Source of the DNA: Candidatus Cloacimonadota bacterium
Lineage (GTDB): Bacteria > Cloacimonadota > Cloacimonadia > JGIOTU-2
DNA length: 64,000 bases
Assembly: GCA_030613025.1 (NCBI GenBank)
Contig: JAUWMT010000002.1
Coordinates: 19,945-83,944, forward strand
Direction: 5' to 3'
Translations under genes and position numbers: made by a program
Shown: positions 10,246 through 19,575 of the stretch, piece by piece
Layout: each line of letters begins with the position of its first letter
Numbering within the stretch: position 1 is the stretch's first letter
Notes under the pieces: generated by a model
What the model saw: the letters and a program-made list of their open reading frames with translations, nothing else
What the model was told of the DNA's origin: nothing
Databases searched by the model: none

Positions 10246-11139
10246 ATGAAAAAAAGTATTATTTTAATTATTCTTACAATATTTATTGCATCCTGTGCAT
10301 CAAATAATCAAACAGCAACGAATGCTCAAGTTAATTCATTCAATCAGTCTATTCAGAAAACAGGCGCAAGGGACCTTGGAGATGGCTGGATAGAATCCAA
10401 TGCACAGGTGGAGATAGCACACATCACACCGGAAGAAGCGAGGGAAAAGGCAATAGATAAAGCATGTAACCAAGCATTAGAATCTTATGGCGTGGATGTC
10501 ACTGGAAGAAAACTTTATATTGTGGGAGAAGATGCCGAGAAAGTCACCCGAGATGATTATCTTAACCTTACAGAACAGACCACCCAGGGAATAATTTTGG
10601 ACAAGAAGGTTATCAGTGAACAAATAATAACGATTGGCAATGCAATCTTTTCAAGGGTAACAGTTCATGTCAAAATCGGACAACAGAAGGGCGAGAAAGA
10701 TCCTTATTTCTCACTCGATGCATCACTCAATAAAGAACATTTCCAGGAATATGAGACCCTTGAAATATCCTGTGTTGCTTCAAAGGACTGTTATATTACG
10801 ATCTTAAATATTTGCTCTAATGATACGGTGTATGTGCTTTTTCCAAATCAATATAGAGAATATAATTTTGTGCAAACAGGGGAAGAATTCAAGTTCCCAA
10901 ACAAAGCCGATAAGAATATTGGGATTTCCTTACCGGTTCAGCTCCTTCCGGGTAAAATAACCGATAGCGAGATCATAAAAATAATTGCAACAAAAGAGCT
11001 ACTCAATCTTGTTGAGTTCAAATCCGATATGACTTATGGAACCTGCAGTGCAACACTCACCAAACTCATGCAGAGACTCATCACAATCCCACGCGATCAG
11101 ATCGTTGAGTATGATCTTATGTATTTTGTGCATAAATAA
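10246..11139 (+). CDS. lipoprotein, probable DUF4384-like C-terminal domain
   Basis: lipobox IASC; C-terminal ...DCYITILNICSNDTVYVLFPNQ... resembles the DUF4384 pattern (from memory, not searched). Confidence 0.55.
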   Translation: MKKSIILIILTIFIASCASNNQTATNAQVNSFNQSIQKTGARDLGDGWIESNAQVEIAHITPEEAREKAIDKACNQALESYGVDVTGRKLYIVGEDAEKVTRDDYLNLTEQTTQGIILDKKVISEQIITIGNAIFSRVTVHVKIGQQKGEKDPYFSLDASLNKEHFQEYETLEISCVASKDCYITILNICSNDTVYVLFPNQYREYNFVQTGEEFKFPNKADKNIGISLPVQLLPGKITDSEIIKIIATKELLNLVEFKSDMTYGTCSATLTKLMQRLITIPRDQIVEYDLMYFVHK

Positions 11140-11174
11140 AGTGTAAGAATAGTTGCAGAGGCAGGGCTATTGCT

Positions 11175-11201
11175 TATTGCTTTACCAAGCAGGGGCTTGG
11201 T
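11175..11201. repeat. hairpin repeat ctttaccaagc-agggg-gcttggtaaag (second copy of the 8895-8921 element)
   Basis: identical 11-bp arms, different 5-nt loop. Confidence 0.7.
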
Positions 11202-11278
11202 AAAGAGGTTAGAGTAGTGGAACTGGTAAAGAGAAAGGAACCTGTCCATTTTGGCGGACATTTTTCAATAAAATACAG

Positions 11279-11355
11279 AATTTATTCATAATCTTTCCTC
11301 AGAAAATCGGGAATTTGGGAATCCGGATTTTAATTCATAAACTTTCTCAGAAAAA
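11279..11355 (+). promoter_or_regulatory. two direct repeats ttcataa(t/a)ctttc(c)tcagaaaa plus TTGACACGTTGACAAG upstream of the hydrogenase operon
   Basis: 24-nt direct repeats at 11279-11302 and 11333-11355; duplicated TTGACA at 11359-11374; candidate operator/promoter region. Confidence 0.35.
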
Positions 11356-11460
11356 CTTGACACGTTGACAAGCACTAAATGTTTTACCGACCAAATAAGT
11401 TACTTCAAAAGAAATTTATTTTATGATTAGACCTAAAAGCTTGAGTGAGAAAGGACAGAA

Positions 11461-12483
11461 ATGGTCGTTTCAAAATCCGATCTAATTAAATTTTTCTATA
11501 CTATACAATCAGAATTTGATGTTTTTGTTCCATATCAGACTGAGAGAGAAAAGGATGATCTCGTATTCAAAAAATATGATCCTGATAAAGAATTTGTACT
11601 GGATAAATATCGAACTGTCGATCCTGTAAGAACTCTGTTTTATATGCCTTCTGAAAGCGTGCTTCCTCCTTCTGCTAAATCAAACAAGAGGATCATTGCA
11701 GGTGTGAAAAACTGCGATCTGCTTGGGCTTGCAGTTCTGGATGATGCACTTCTCAAGGATAATTTTGTAGAGCCGAATTACAAAATCTGGAGAGATAGCT
11801 CATACATCATAAGCTGCGATTGTACAGATGCGTTATCAACATGTCATTGTATTTTGCTTGATAATAATCCATATCCAAATGATGATACAGAAAGCAATGC
11901 ATTATTTGATATCAATCTTTCTCCGGTTGATGATAAATTCATAATTACAGTTGGCAGCAAGAAGGGTGAAGAACTTATTGAAATGATAAAGGAAGTTTGT
12001 TCACTGGCTGAAATTACTAATAAAGATAAAGAAATTCGTGAGTCAAATCATGCTGAAGTTCTCAAAAAAGTCAGGGATATAAATTCTGATTTCACGCCCG
12101 ACAGAAATTATGATGTCATTACAGAAAATAAGGAAGCTTCTGTATGGAAAGAGTTCTGCAATGAATGTGTTCAGTGTGGCGCATGTACGAATATTTGCCC
12201 GACCTGCTACTGTCTTATTCTTAATGATGAAAGCACTGAAGAAGAATTCCGCAAGGTTCGTTCGTGGGATTCCTGCCAGCTTGTGGGATATGCTGAAGTC
12301 GCTGGCGGTGCTACACCACGTGAACACCGATGGGAAACCTTTAGAAACCGCTATCAATGCAAACACAATTTTATGAAATTTAATTTCGATAAATTAGGAT
12401 GCACGGGCTGTGGACGTTGTATTTCCGCCTGTCCTGCTGAAATCGATTTACGAGAAGTTATTCAAAGTTTACAGGAGGTTTAG
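11461..12483 (+). CDS. FeS subunit related to anaerobic sulfite reductase AsrA / sulfhydrogenase beta (HydB)
   Basis: two Cys clusters CVQCGACTNICPTCYC and CTGCGRCISACPAE; size and cysteine layout typical of AsrA/HydB-like proteins. Confidence 0.65.
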   Translation: MVVSKSDLIKFFYTIQSEFDVFVPYQTEREKDDLVFKKYDPDKEFVLDKYRTVDPVRTLFYMPSESVLPPSAKSNKRIIAGVKNCDLLGLAVLDDALLKDNFVEPNYKIWRDSSYIISCDCTDALSTCHCILLDNNPYPNDDTESNALFDINLSPVDDKFIITVGSKKGEELIEMIKEVCSLAEITNKDKEIRESNHAEVLKKVRDINSDFTPDRNYDVITENKEASVWKEFCNECVQCGACTNICPTCYCLILNDESTEEEFRKVRSWDSCQLVGYAEVAGGATPREHRWETFRNRYQCKHNFMKFNFDKLGCTGCGRCISACPAEIDLREVIQSLQEV

Positions 12484-12484
12484 T

Positions 12485-13312
12485 TTGCCAGACAAAAACC
12501 CCTACGAAGTATTAAAAGCTGATGTCCTCGAAGTAATCGAAGAATCTCCAACGATCAAATCTTTCTATCTCAAGCCGGAGAAACCTTTTGAATTTGCTAC
12601 AGGTCAGTTCATCGAACTGTCATTACCCGGAATTGGTGAGGCGCCATTTACTCCATCATCATCACATTATGAGACGGAAAAAATTTGGGTGTCCATTATG
12701 AATGCCGGATTTGTAACCAATGAAATTCACAAGGTCCAAAAAGGCGATGTGATGGGTATTCGCGGACCCTATGGAAAAGGTTATCCTCTTGATAAATTTA
12801 AAGGAAAAGATGTCCTTCTTCTTGGTGGTGGTGTAGGACTTGCACCTCTTAGATGCCTTCTTCAAACCATGATCCACGATGCCAAAGATTACAAAAGTAT
12901 TACTGTGTGCTTTGGTGCGAGAACACCTGATGATATGATCTACAAGGATCAGATCGATGAATGGAAGTCCGTTGAAGGAATTCATCATCTCTGTACGGTC
13001 GATAAATGTCCTGATGGTGTCAATTGGAATGGAAAAACCGGCGTGGTCACAGTATTGCTTGATGATATCAAGATCGATCCAAAAGATGCGATCGCAATTG
13101 TATGCGGACCCCCTATCATGATGAAATTCGGAACCTTCTCTCTGCTTGATAAAGGTTTTAAGCCGGAGAATATTTATCTGTCTATGGAGAAAAAGATGTA
13201 CTGCGGATTCGGACAGTGCCGCCATTGCGTAATGGGTAAATATTATGCATGCAAAGATGGTCCTGTATTCACCTATGAGCAGATCAAGGACGAAGAAAAA
13301 ATCTGGGAATAA
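12485..13312 (+). CDS. FAD/NAD(P)-binding oxidoreductase with C-terminal [2Fe-2S] (AsrB / sulfhydrogenase gamma HydG-like)
   Basis: ferredoxin-NADP reductase-like fold motifs (GQFIELSLPG, LLLGGGVGLAPL), C-terminal CGFGQCRHCV...C; start set at TTG 12485 preceded by GGAGG at 12472-12476 rather than the overlapping ATG 12410. Confidence 0.7.
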   Translation: MPDKNPYEVLKADVLEVIEESPTIKSFYLKPEKPFEFATGQFIELSLPGIGEAPFTPSSSHYETEKIWVSIMNAGFVTNEIHKVQKGDVMGIRGPYGKGYPLDKFKGKDVLLLGGGVGLAPLRCLLQTMIHDAKDYKSITVCFGARTPDDMIYKDQIDEWKSVEGIHHLCTVDKCPDGVNWNGKTGVVTVLLDDIKIDPKDAIAIVCGPPIMMKFGTFSLLDKGFKPENIYLSMEKKMYCGFGQCRHCVMGKYYACKDGPVFTYEQIKDEEKIWE

Positions 13313-13340
13313 GTTTATATATTAAAGGAAAGACAGTATC

Positions 13341-13847
13341 ATGAAAAGATTATTTGTAGATATACCAAGGCTTCTCAAAGAAGAGATTCTCGAATGCATT
13401 GATTGTGAATATCTTTATCACGAAGGAGCTAATCGCGGTGTATTTTCTATTGTAGAGATCGCAGAATTCGGCGCTTATTGCCGCCAGTGCAAGGAAGCTT
13501 TCTGTATTGAAGCATGCCCAAAGGATGCGCTTGAACATGGTGAAAATAATACTATAATACGTCATAATATGCGCTGTGTGGGTTGCAAAAGCTGTATCCT
13601 TGCCTGTCCATTTGGTACGATCTTTCCGGAGGTTATCAATTATATATCACAGAAATGTGATTTCTGTTTAAATCAATTGGAAAATGACCCGGACTATGTT
13701 CCGCTCTGTGTAAAAACTGCACCAAATGAAACACTTACAATGATCGATATCGATGAAGACGATCCTGAAAATAATATCTATCTTGTGGGCAGCAGAATGG
13801 CAGTGAAAACACATCATTGGCGAAATAAAGTCGGGAAAAATAAATAG
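13341..13847 (+). CDS. 4Fe-4S dicluster ferredoxin-type electron-transfer subunit (HycB/HydN-like)
   Basis: CRQCKEAFCIEACP, CVGCKSCILACP and CDFC...C motifs. Confidence 0.7.
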   Translation: MKRLFVDIPRLLKEEILECIDCEYLYHEGANRGVFSIVEIAEFGAYCRQCKEAFCIEACPKDALEHGENNTIIRHNMRCVGCKSCILACPFGTIFPEVINYISQKCDFCLNQLENDPDYVPLCVKTAPNETLTMIDIDEDDPENNIYLVGSRMAVKTHHWRNKVGKNK

Positions 13848-13875
13848 TGTAGGATGATGAGGTTCAGGAGATAAA

Positions 13876-14805
13876 ATGCTAAAATATTTGTTCTATTTGC
13901 TCGTGTTCCCGGGTTTTCTATTTGCATCTGTATTCGGTCTTATTGTAGGATGGATAGAAAGAAAGGTCAGCGCAAGGGTGCAATTCCGTGTGGGTCCTCC
14001 ATTCTTTCAAAATTTTTATGACGTGTTTAAGCTGTGGGGAAAAGAGATCATTCTTATTAGGAACTCACCATATTTCATATTTATAATTGCACCGATCATT
14101 GCTTTTGCTTCTGTGATAATGACCACTACGATCATTGGCATGTCTTTCTTCTATCATGTTGGCATCGGCGGTGATCTAATTTTCATAATATATCTGATGT
14201 TTATCTATTCAGTATGTTTGATACTTGGTTCATCGTCCACAGGAAATGTATATTCCAGTATTGGTGCAGGCAGAGAAATGAAAATGCTCATTTCCGACGA
14301 ACTCGCTTTCGTGATGGTTATCCTTGTTCCCATCATTCAGGCAGGATATAAGATCGATCTCACACAAATATTAGCATATCAAAACGCCAATGGTATGATC
14401 ATTGGTACTGCTTCAGGTATTATTGCGTTCATCGTTGGTATTCTGTGTCTTCAAGCAAAGATGGGTATGGTACCATTTGATATTGCGGAAGCAGAAACAG
14501 AAATTGTTGGAGGTCCGCTAATGGAGTATTCGGGTCCGCTGCTTGCTTTCTGGAAACTTGCACATTATATGATGTATGTATTCCTGCCTATGCTTCTTGT
14601 TATTCTTTTCTGGGGTGGAATAAGTTTTGCTTCTTTTGGTACGATCATGGCTGGTATCGGGAAGTACTTGCTTATCGTAGTTGTTATGATACTGATAAGA
14701 AATACAAATCCGCGTGTACGTATTGATTCTGCAATTAATTTCTTCTGGAAATGGGCAAGTCCACTTGCTCTTATCGCCGTAATTCTGGCAATCATAGGAG
14801 TGTAA
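13876..14805 (+). CDS. group-4 hydrogenase membrane subunit (NuoH/HycD/MbhM family)
   Basis: 309 aa, 8 TM, conserved NuoH-like loop motifs. Confidence 0.8.
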   Translation: MLKYLFYLLVFPGFLFASVFGLIVGWIERKVSARVQFRVGPPFFQNFYDVFKLWGKEIILIRNSPYFIFIIAPIIAFASVIMTTTIIGMSFFYHVGIGGDLIFIIYLMFIYSVCLILGSSSTGNVYSSIGAGREMKMLISDELAFVMVILVPIIQAGYKIDLTQILAYQNANGMIIGTASGIIAFIVGILCLQAKMGMVPFDIAEAETEIVGGPLMEYSGPLLAFWKLAHYMMYVFLPMLLVILFWGGISFASFGTIMAGIGKYLLIVVVMILIRNTNPRVRIDSAINFFWKWASPLALIAVILAIIGV

Positions 14806-14808
14806 ATT

Positions 14809-15228
14809 ATGGCATTCTATAATAAAATTATTAAAAAATCAATTTGGGTTTTTCACGTCAGTGCAAGCCCCTGTAACAACTGTGATATTGAAATCCTCGA
14901 TCTCATCACTCCCGGATATGACGTAGAACGCTTCGGCATCAAACTTGTTGGCTCTGTCCGTCATGCAGATGTTCTTCTTGTGACAGGTGTAGTGTCCTAT
15001 AAAGTTGCACCACGTATCAAACAACTATATGAGCAAGCAGCAAAGCCTATTTTTGTGATCGGTATCGGAACCTGTACTGCAGGAGGCGCAACCTTCAAAA
15101 CAAGTTACAATACAGCAGGAATACCACTTGAAAAGGTCATTCCTGTAAATGCCTACGTAACTGGCTGCCCCCCGAAACCAGAAGCTATGATAGATGGCGT
15201 ATTAAAATTATTAGGAACATTAAAATGA
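14809..15228 (+). CDS. [NiFe] hydrogenase small subunit, NuoB/MbhJ-like
   Basis: 139 aa, Cys pattern for proximal [4Fe-4S] (SPCNNCDIE ... GTC ... GCPP). Confidence 0.85.
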   Translation: MAFYNKIIKKSIWVFHVSASPCNNCDIEILDLITPGYDVERFGIKLVGSVRHADVLLVTGVVSYKVAPRIKQLYEQAAKPIFVIGIGTCTAGGATFKTSYNTAGIPLEKVIPVNAYVTGCPPKPEAMIDGVLKLLGTLK

Positions 15229-15674
15229 GCGATAAAGATACAGAATTTTTTGATAAATTTCAAGATAAAATAACGAAAGTTATTAAGAAGCCGAAAAGAA
15301 TTTACTTTAATATAAAGAACGAAGATCTGTGGGAGATCGCAGATTATCTCTCTAACACAATGGGCTGCCGTCTTTCTATCTGTACTGCTACAGAGGTATA
15401 TGACGGGCTCGAGGTTCTTTACCATTTTTCTGATGACACAACCGGAATTTATTATAATCCACGCGTCAAAACCGGACTGGAAAATCCTGAAATAAATTCA
15501 ATTACACCACTGATCGAAGGTGCGAACTGGATCGAAAGAGAAATGTATGATCTTTTTGGTATTAAGTTCAAAGGACATCCCAATCTGAAAAAACTACTGA
15601 CAATAAACAATCCGCATTTTAGTGAGGATGACCATCCTATGCGTTTTAATCGCAACAGAACGAAAGAGAAGTAA
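15225..15674 (+). CDS. NuoC/MbhK-like hydrogenase subunit
   Basis: 149 aa, NuoC-family signature region, translationally coupled (ATGA overlap). Confidence 0.75.
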   Translation: MSDKDTEFFDKFQDKITKVIKKPKRIYFNIKNEDLWEIADYLSNTMGCRLSICTATEVYDGLEVLYHFSDDTTGIYYNPRVKTGLENPEINSITPLIEGANWIEREMYDLFGIKFKGHPNLKKLLTINNPHFSEDDHPMRFNRNRTKEK

Positions 15675-15698
15675 CAGGTTTATGCAGAGGAGCATGCA

Positions 15699-16916
15699 AT
15701 GAGTAAATGTAGAATTCCTTTAGGTCCTTTTCATCCACTGCTGGAAGAAGCGGAATTCTTTGATATACAAGTCGAAGGTGAAAAGGTTGTTGATATTGAG
15801 ATGGAAACCGGTTGGATGCATAGAGGTCATGAAAAGATCTCGGAAACAAGATCCTATACGCAGTCAATCTTTCTCGTTGAACGTATTTGCGGAATCTGTT
15901 CAACCTCTCATCCATTTGCAGCAGCACATGCAATGGAAGATATTGATAATGTTGAAATACCTGAAAGGGCACAATATATAAGAATTTTTATTGGAGAAAT
16001 GGAAAGAATTCACAGCCATCTTCTCTGGCTCGGCCTTGCCGGTCATTTTATTGGATATGATACGCTCTGGATGTGGACGTGGAAATATCGCGAACCTGTT
16101 CTTCAAATTTTTGAAAAGGTTTCGGGCAACAGAAATCATTATGCAATGTTCCGTGTTGGCGGTGTAGGTAGAGATTTTGATAATGCATTGATCCCGGAGA
16201 TTCATCCCGTTCTTGATATGCTGGAAAAGAAGATGCTTATGTTAGCCGGCGCAGTTAAAGATGATCCTGTGCTGAGATCACGCCTTAAAGGAGTTGGTGT
16301 CTTGACAAAAGAGGATGCAATAAATTATTGTGCAAATGGACCCACTGCCCGTGCATCCGGTGTGGATATCGATGTACGTCGGGATGACGGGTACGAGTAT
16401 GATCTGATAAATTTTGATGTTATCGTATTGCCCAATGGCGATGTATATGACAAACTTGTTTTGCGTGTGCTGGAGATTATTGAATCGGTTAAAATCATAC
16501 GGCAATGTCTCGATGCATTCCCGAAAGTTGGTGGTGAATATCTTAATAAAGTAAAGCATATTTCTCCAGGAGAAGGCATTGGACGTTATGAAGCACCTCG
16601 TGGTGAAGTGTTTCATTACATACGTAGTGATGGCTCGAACCGTCCTCTTCGTCATAAAGTCCGTGCACCGAGCTTTTCTAATATTCCTACATATAAAGCA
16701 TCCTGTATAGGCATTCCTCTTGCTGATGCACTTATTACTCTTGCTGCTGTTGACCCATGCTATTGCTGTACCGAAAGAAGTATTCGCGTTGTCGATAAAA
16801 ATAATAAAAAATTAGAACATAATCTATTAACCATGTCTCGTGAGAAAACTGCAAATATTAAAAGGGCAGTTGCCGGTAGCGAGAAAACACCCATTGATAG
16901 AATTTTTGAAGATTAG
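15699..16916 (+). CDS. group-4 [NiFe] hydrogenase large (catalytic) subunit, NuoD/MbhL/EchE-like
   Basis: N-terminal RICGICSTSH and C-terminal DPCYCCTER Ni-Fe ligand CxxC pairs retained. Confidence 0.9.
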   Translation: MSKCRIPLGPFHPLLEEAEFFDIQVEGEKVVDIEMETGWMHRGHEKISETRSYTQSIFLVERICGICSTSHPFAAAHAMEDIDNVEIPERAQYIRIFIGEMERIHSHLLWLGLAGHFIGYDTLWMWTWKYREPVLQIFEKVSGNRNHYAMFRVGGVGRDFDNALIPEIHPVLDMLEKKMLMLAGAVKDDPVLRSRLKGVGVLTKEDAINYCANGPTARASGVDIDVRRDDGYEYDLINFDVIVLPNGDVYDKLVLRVLEIIESVKIIRQCLDAFPKVGGEYLNKVKHISPGEGIGRYEAPRGEVFHYIRSDGSNRPLRHKVRAPSFSNIPTYKASCIGIPLADALITLAAVDPCYCCTERSIRVVDKNNKKLEHNLLTMSREKTANIKRAVAGSEKTPIDRIFED

Positions 16917-16941
16917 GATTTCAAAAAGAAAGGGTACATAA

Positions 16942-18756
16942 ATGTGGAATAATTATCTGTTTTTGCTTGTCGTTATCCCGATAATTGCAACTATTATTAA
17001 TCTTTTTGTACCAAAGATTATAAAGAAACTTATCACTCTTGCTTCTGTGATTTGGTCGCTGGTGCTGAGTATCAAAGTGTTCAGCGCATCTACTGTGAGC
17101 TTTTCTCTATTCGGCGTTACGTTATTTCAAACCGATGTTTTATCAAAATTCATTTTGCTTTTCATAAATATTCTCAGTTCAATAATTCTTATTTACTGTC
17201 TTAAAAATGTGAAAAAAGAATATGAAGGTAAATTCTTCCTGCTTTTCACGCTGACAGTCAGTTTCTGCAATGGCGTCGCAGTGAGTTCCAATATGATCGC
17301 TTTTATAATTTTCTGGGGACTTTCCGGGTTGCTCGTGTACCTGTTTGGTATTTTAAATTCTCCAAAAAGCTCAGAAAGTTCGATGAAAGCATTTATCATA
17401 ATAGGAACTTCAGACGTACTTCTTCTATTTGGTTTGGCTGTTATGTATGTTATGACACAGAATTCCAATCTCTACTTAACACAAATTACTCTTTCAAGTG
17501 TGTTGACCTACATTGCATTTTTCTGCCTGCTTCTTGCTGCATTCACAAAAGCAGGTGCTTTCCCGATGCATACCTGGCTTCCAGACTATGCAAAGGATGC
17601 ACCGATCGAAGCCGTGGCAGAACTTCCTGCTGCTATGGATAAGCTGCTTGGAATTTATCTTTTTGCACGTATAATGATGCATCTTTTTGTCTATCCCTTT
17701 GCGATCCAGGCGATCATCATGATAATAGGTGCGCTTACGATAATCTTTGCAGTGATGATGGCGCTTGTTCAGCATAATGGGCGCAAACTGCTGGGATATC
17801 ATGCTGTTAGTCAGGTTGGGTATATGGTATTGGGAATAGGAACAGGTAATCCAATTGGTATTATTGGCGGACTTTTCCACATGCTAAATAATGCAATATA
17901 CAAATCAAGCTTGTTCTTATCTCTTGGTTCTGTTGAAAAGAGGACAGGAACATCTGAACTCGAAAATCTTGGTGGTCTTGCCAGAAAGATGCCTCTTACC
18001 TTTATCGCTGCGCTGATAGGAGCGCTTTCAATATCGGGTATTCCACCATTGAATGGGTTCTTCTCAAAATGGATGGTCTATCAAGGTATTTTGAAAACCG
18101 CTTCACAGCATGGGGCAATCTGGCAGATCATACTAAATGTCTGCTTTGTTCTCGCTGTTTTTGGAAGTGCGCTTACCCTTGCCAGTTTTATTAAATTCAT
18201 ACATGCAATATTCTTGAGCAAATTACCCAAAAAATATGAGGGCGTGAAAGAGATCAGTTTCAATAACTGGTTTGCCAATCTTTTACTCGGCGCTCTTTGT
18301 GTGATTTTTGGCGTGCTCGTATTTGCAATTCCTGTGAAATTATTCTTACTGCCTATAATTGGCGCAGGATCTATTAAAACATTGCTTTTGGGATTTTATA
18401 GTTCAAAGATCATACTTTATTTCTTTGCTGCATCAATTCTGCTCGGTCTTATTATTTATCTTGTATTTAAAAAGATCCGCTTTGATGATGAATATGTCGG
18501 CACCTATCCGACAACTGAAGAGCATAGAGCTACAGGTGTTGAGTTCTATAATGAAATTTCTTCGATGAAACCCTTTAATAAGATCTACGAGTGGGCAAAC
18601 AAGAAGTATTTTGATATATATAAATGGGGAACAGTATTCTCCTTATGGCTTGGCGATGTATTCCACAAGTTACATTCGGGTTTGTTGCATACCTATGCGA
18701 TTTGGATGCTTGCCGGCTTGGTTGTTGTTACAATAATTTTATTGAGTGCAATTTAG
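16942..18756 (+). CDS. MrpA/NuoL-like antiporter-type membrane subunit (MbhH-like)
   Basis: 604 aa polytopic protein with NuoL/MrpA family motifs. Confidence 0.85.
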   Translation: MWNNYLFLLVVIPIIATIINLFVPKIIKKLITLASVIWSLVLSIKVFSASTVSFSLFGVTLFQTDVLSKFILLFINILSSIILIYCLKNVKKEYEGKFFLLFTLTVSFCNGVAVSSNMIAFIIFWGLSGLLVYLFGILNSPKSSESSMKAFIIIGTSDVLLLFGLAVMYVMTQNSNLYLTQITLSSVLTYIAFFCLLLAAFTKAGAFPMHTWLPDYAKDAPIEAVAELPAAMDKLLGIYLFARIMMHLFVYPFAIQAIIMIIGALTIIFAVMMALVQHNGRKLLGYHAVSQVGYMVLGIGTGNPIGIIGGLFHMLNNAIYKSSLFLSLGSVEKRTGTSELENLGGLARKMPLTFIAALIGALSISGIPPLNGFFSKWMVYQGILKTASQHGAIWQIILNVCFVLAVFGSALTLASFIKFIHAIFLSKLPKKYEGVKEISFNNWFANLLLGALCVIFGVLVFAIPVKLFLLPIIGAGSIKTLLLGFYSSKIILYFFAASILLGLIIYLVFKKIRFDDEYVGTYPTTEEHRATGVEFYNEISSMKPFNKIYEWANKKYFDIYKWGTVFSLWLGDVFHKLHSGLLHTYAIWMLAGLVVVTIILLSAI

Positions 18757-18771
18757 TTTAAGTATAATATT

Positions 18772-19026
18772 ATGAACCACGAAATACACCCGTCTCCATT
18801 GCATTACGCCGTTGCAGGCGAAAGAAGCGAAACAATAATTTTCAAAGAAAAAAGTTATGCAATTCAGGATGCTATTTTTGAATTGAGAAAAATGGGTTCA
18901 AATTTAATAAACGAAATTAATAAAATGAAGTTTTGTAGAAAATTTTTCTTAGACACCATTTTCGTGCCTTTCGCCTGTCACGACGGAGCGAAGCGTAGTC
19001 GGATGGTTAAAAGTGTTTATATGTAG
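18772..19026 (+). pseudogene. truncated GxxExxY-family (PD-(D/E)XK-like) mini-element remnant
   Basis: 84-aa ORF whose first ~30 codons (HEIHPSPLHYAVAG...IIFKEKSYAIQDAIFEL) parallel the intact paralogue at 23052; the rest diverges and the GxxExxY motif is lost. Confidence 0.4.
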
Positions 19027-19035
19027 GAGGCTTAA

Positions 19036-19575
19036 GTGCCAGTTGATATTTGGTTGTACTTTATTTTAGGATTCATGATAATCGGTTCGATTGCATGTCT
19101 GGAAATAAAGAATATACTTTCTTCGATCATCACCATTGGTGTGGTTGGATTGGGTTTGTCTTTAGCGTTCCTGTTTTTAGGAGCTCCGGATCTTGCTCTT
19201 GTCCAGTTCGTGTTCGAAATTCTCTGTGTTATCATTTTGATCCGTGCATTTGCCAAACGTTCTATTGAAGTTCGTGCGCTTCGCAGAGATGTGCCTGAAA
19301 CGATCATTGCTATCGTTATTCTGGTAAGCATTTTTGTGCTGAGCATTTTTGCATTCAAAGATCTGCCATCATTTGGAAAGCCAATTGTACGCGTTGCAGA
19401 GCGTTATCTCGCCCAAGCAGGAGTGGAAACAGGTTCTCAAAATATCGTCACCGCCGTTATTCTAAACTATAGAGTATATGATACATTGGGTGAGGTTACT
19501 GTGCTCTTTACCGCAATTTTAGGTGCATTTACCATATTACGTAAAACAGGGAGGAAGAAAAGACATGCAGAATAA
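19036..19575 (+). CDS. MrpB-like N-terminal membrane subunit (MbhD-like)
   Basis: GTG start after AGGAGG; 179 aa, polytopic, position and hydropathy match Mbh/Mrp small subunits. Confidence 0.6.
   Translation: MPVDIWLYFILGFMIIGSIACLEIKNILSSIITIGVVGLGLSLAFLFLGAPDLALVQFVFEILCVIILIRAFAKRSIEVRALRRDVPETIIAIVILVSIFVLSIFAFKDLPSFGKPIVRVAERYLAQAGVETGSQNIVTAVILNYRVYDTLGEVTVLFTAILGAFTILRKTGRKKRHAE

Noticed and set aside
12410-12484. ATG 12410 as the start of the AsrB-like gene (74-nt overlap with the upstream gene)
   Set aside because: TTG at 12485 is preceded by a perfect GGAGG at the optimal distance, right after the upstream stop; the ATG version has no RBS.
15699-16916. Possibility that the large subunit is a non-hydrogenase Mbx/Mbs-type homologue
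   Set aside because: Both N-terminal (CGICS) and C-terminal (CYCC) Ni-Fe ligand cysteine pairs are intact, and a full hyp maturation set follows, so a bona fide hydrogenase is more likely.
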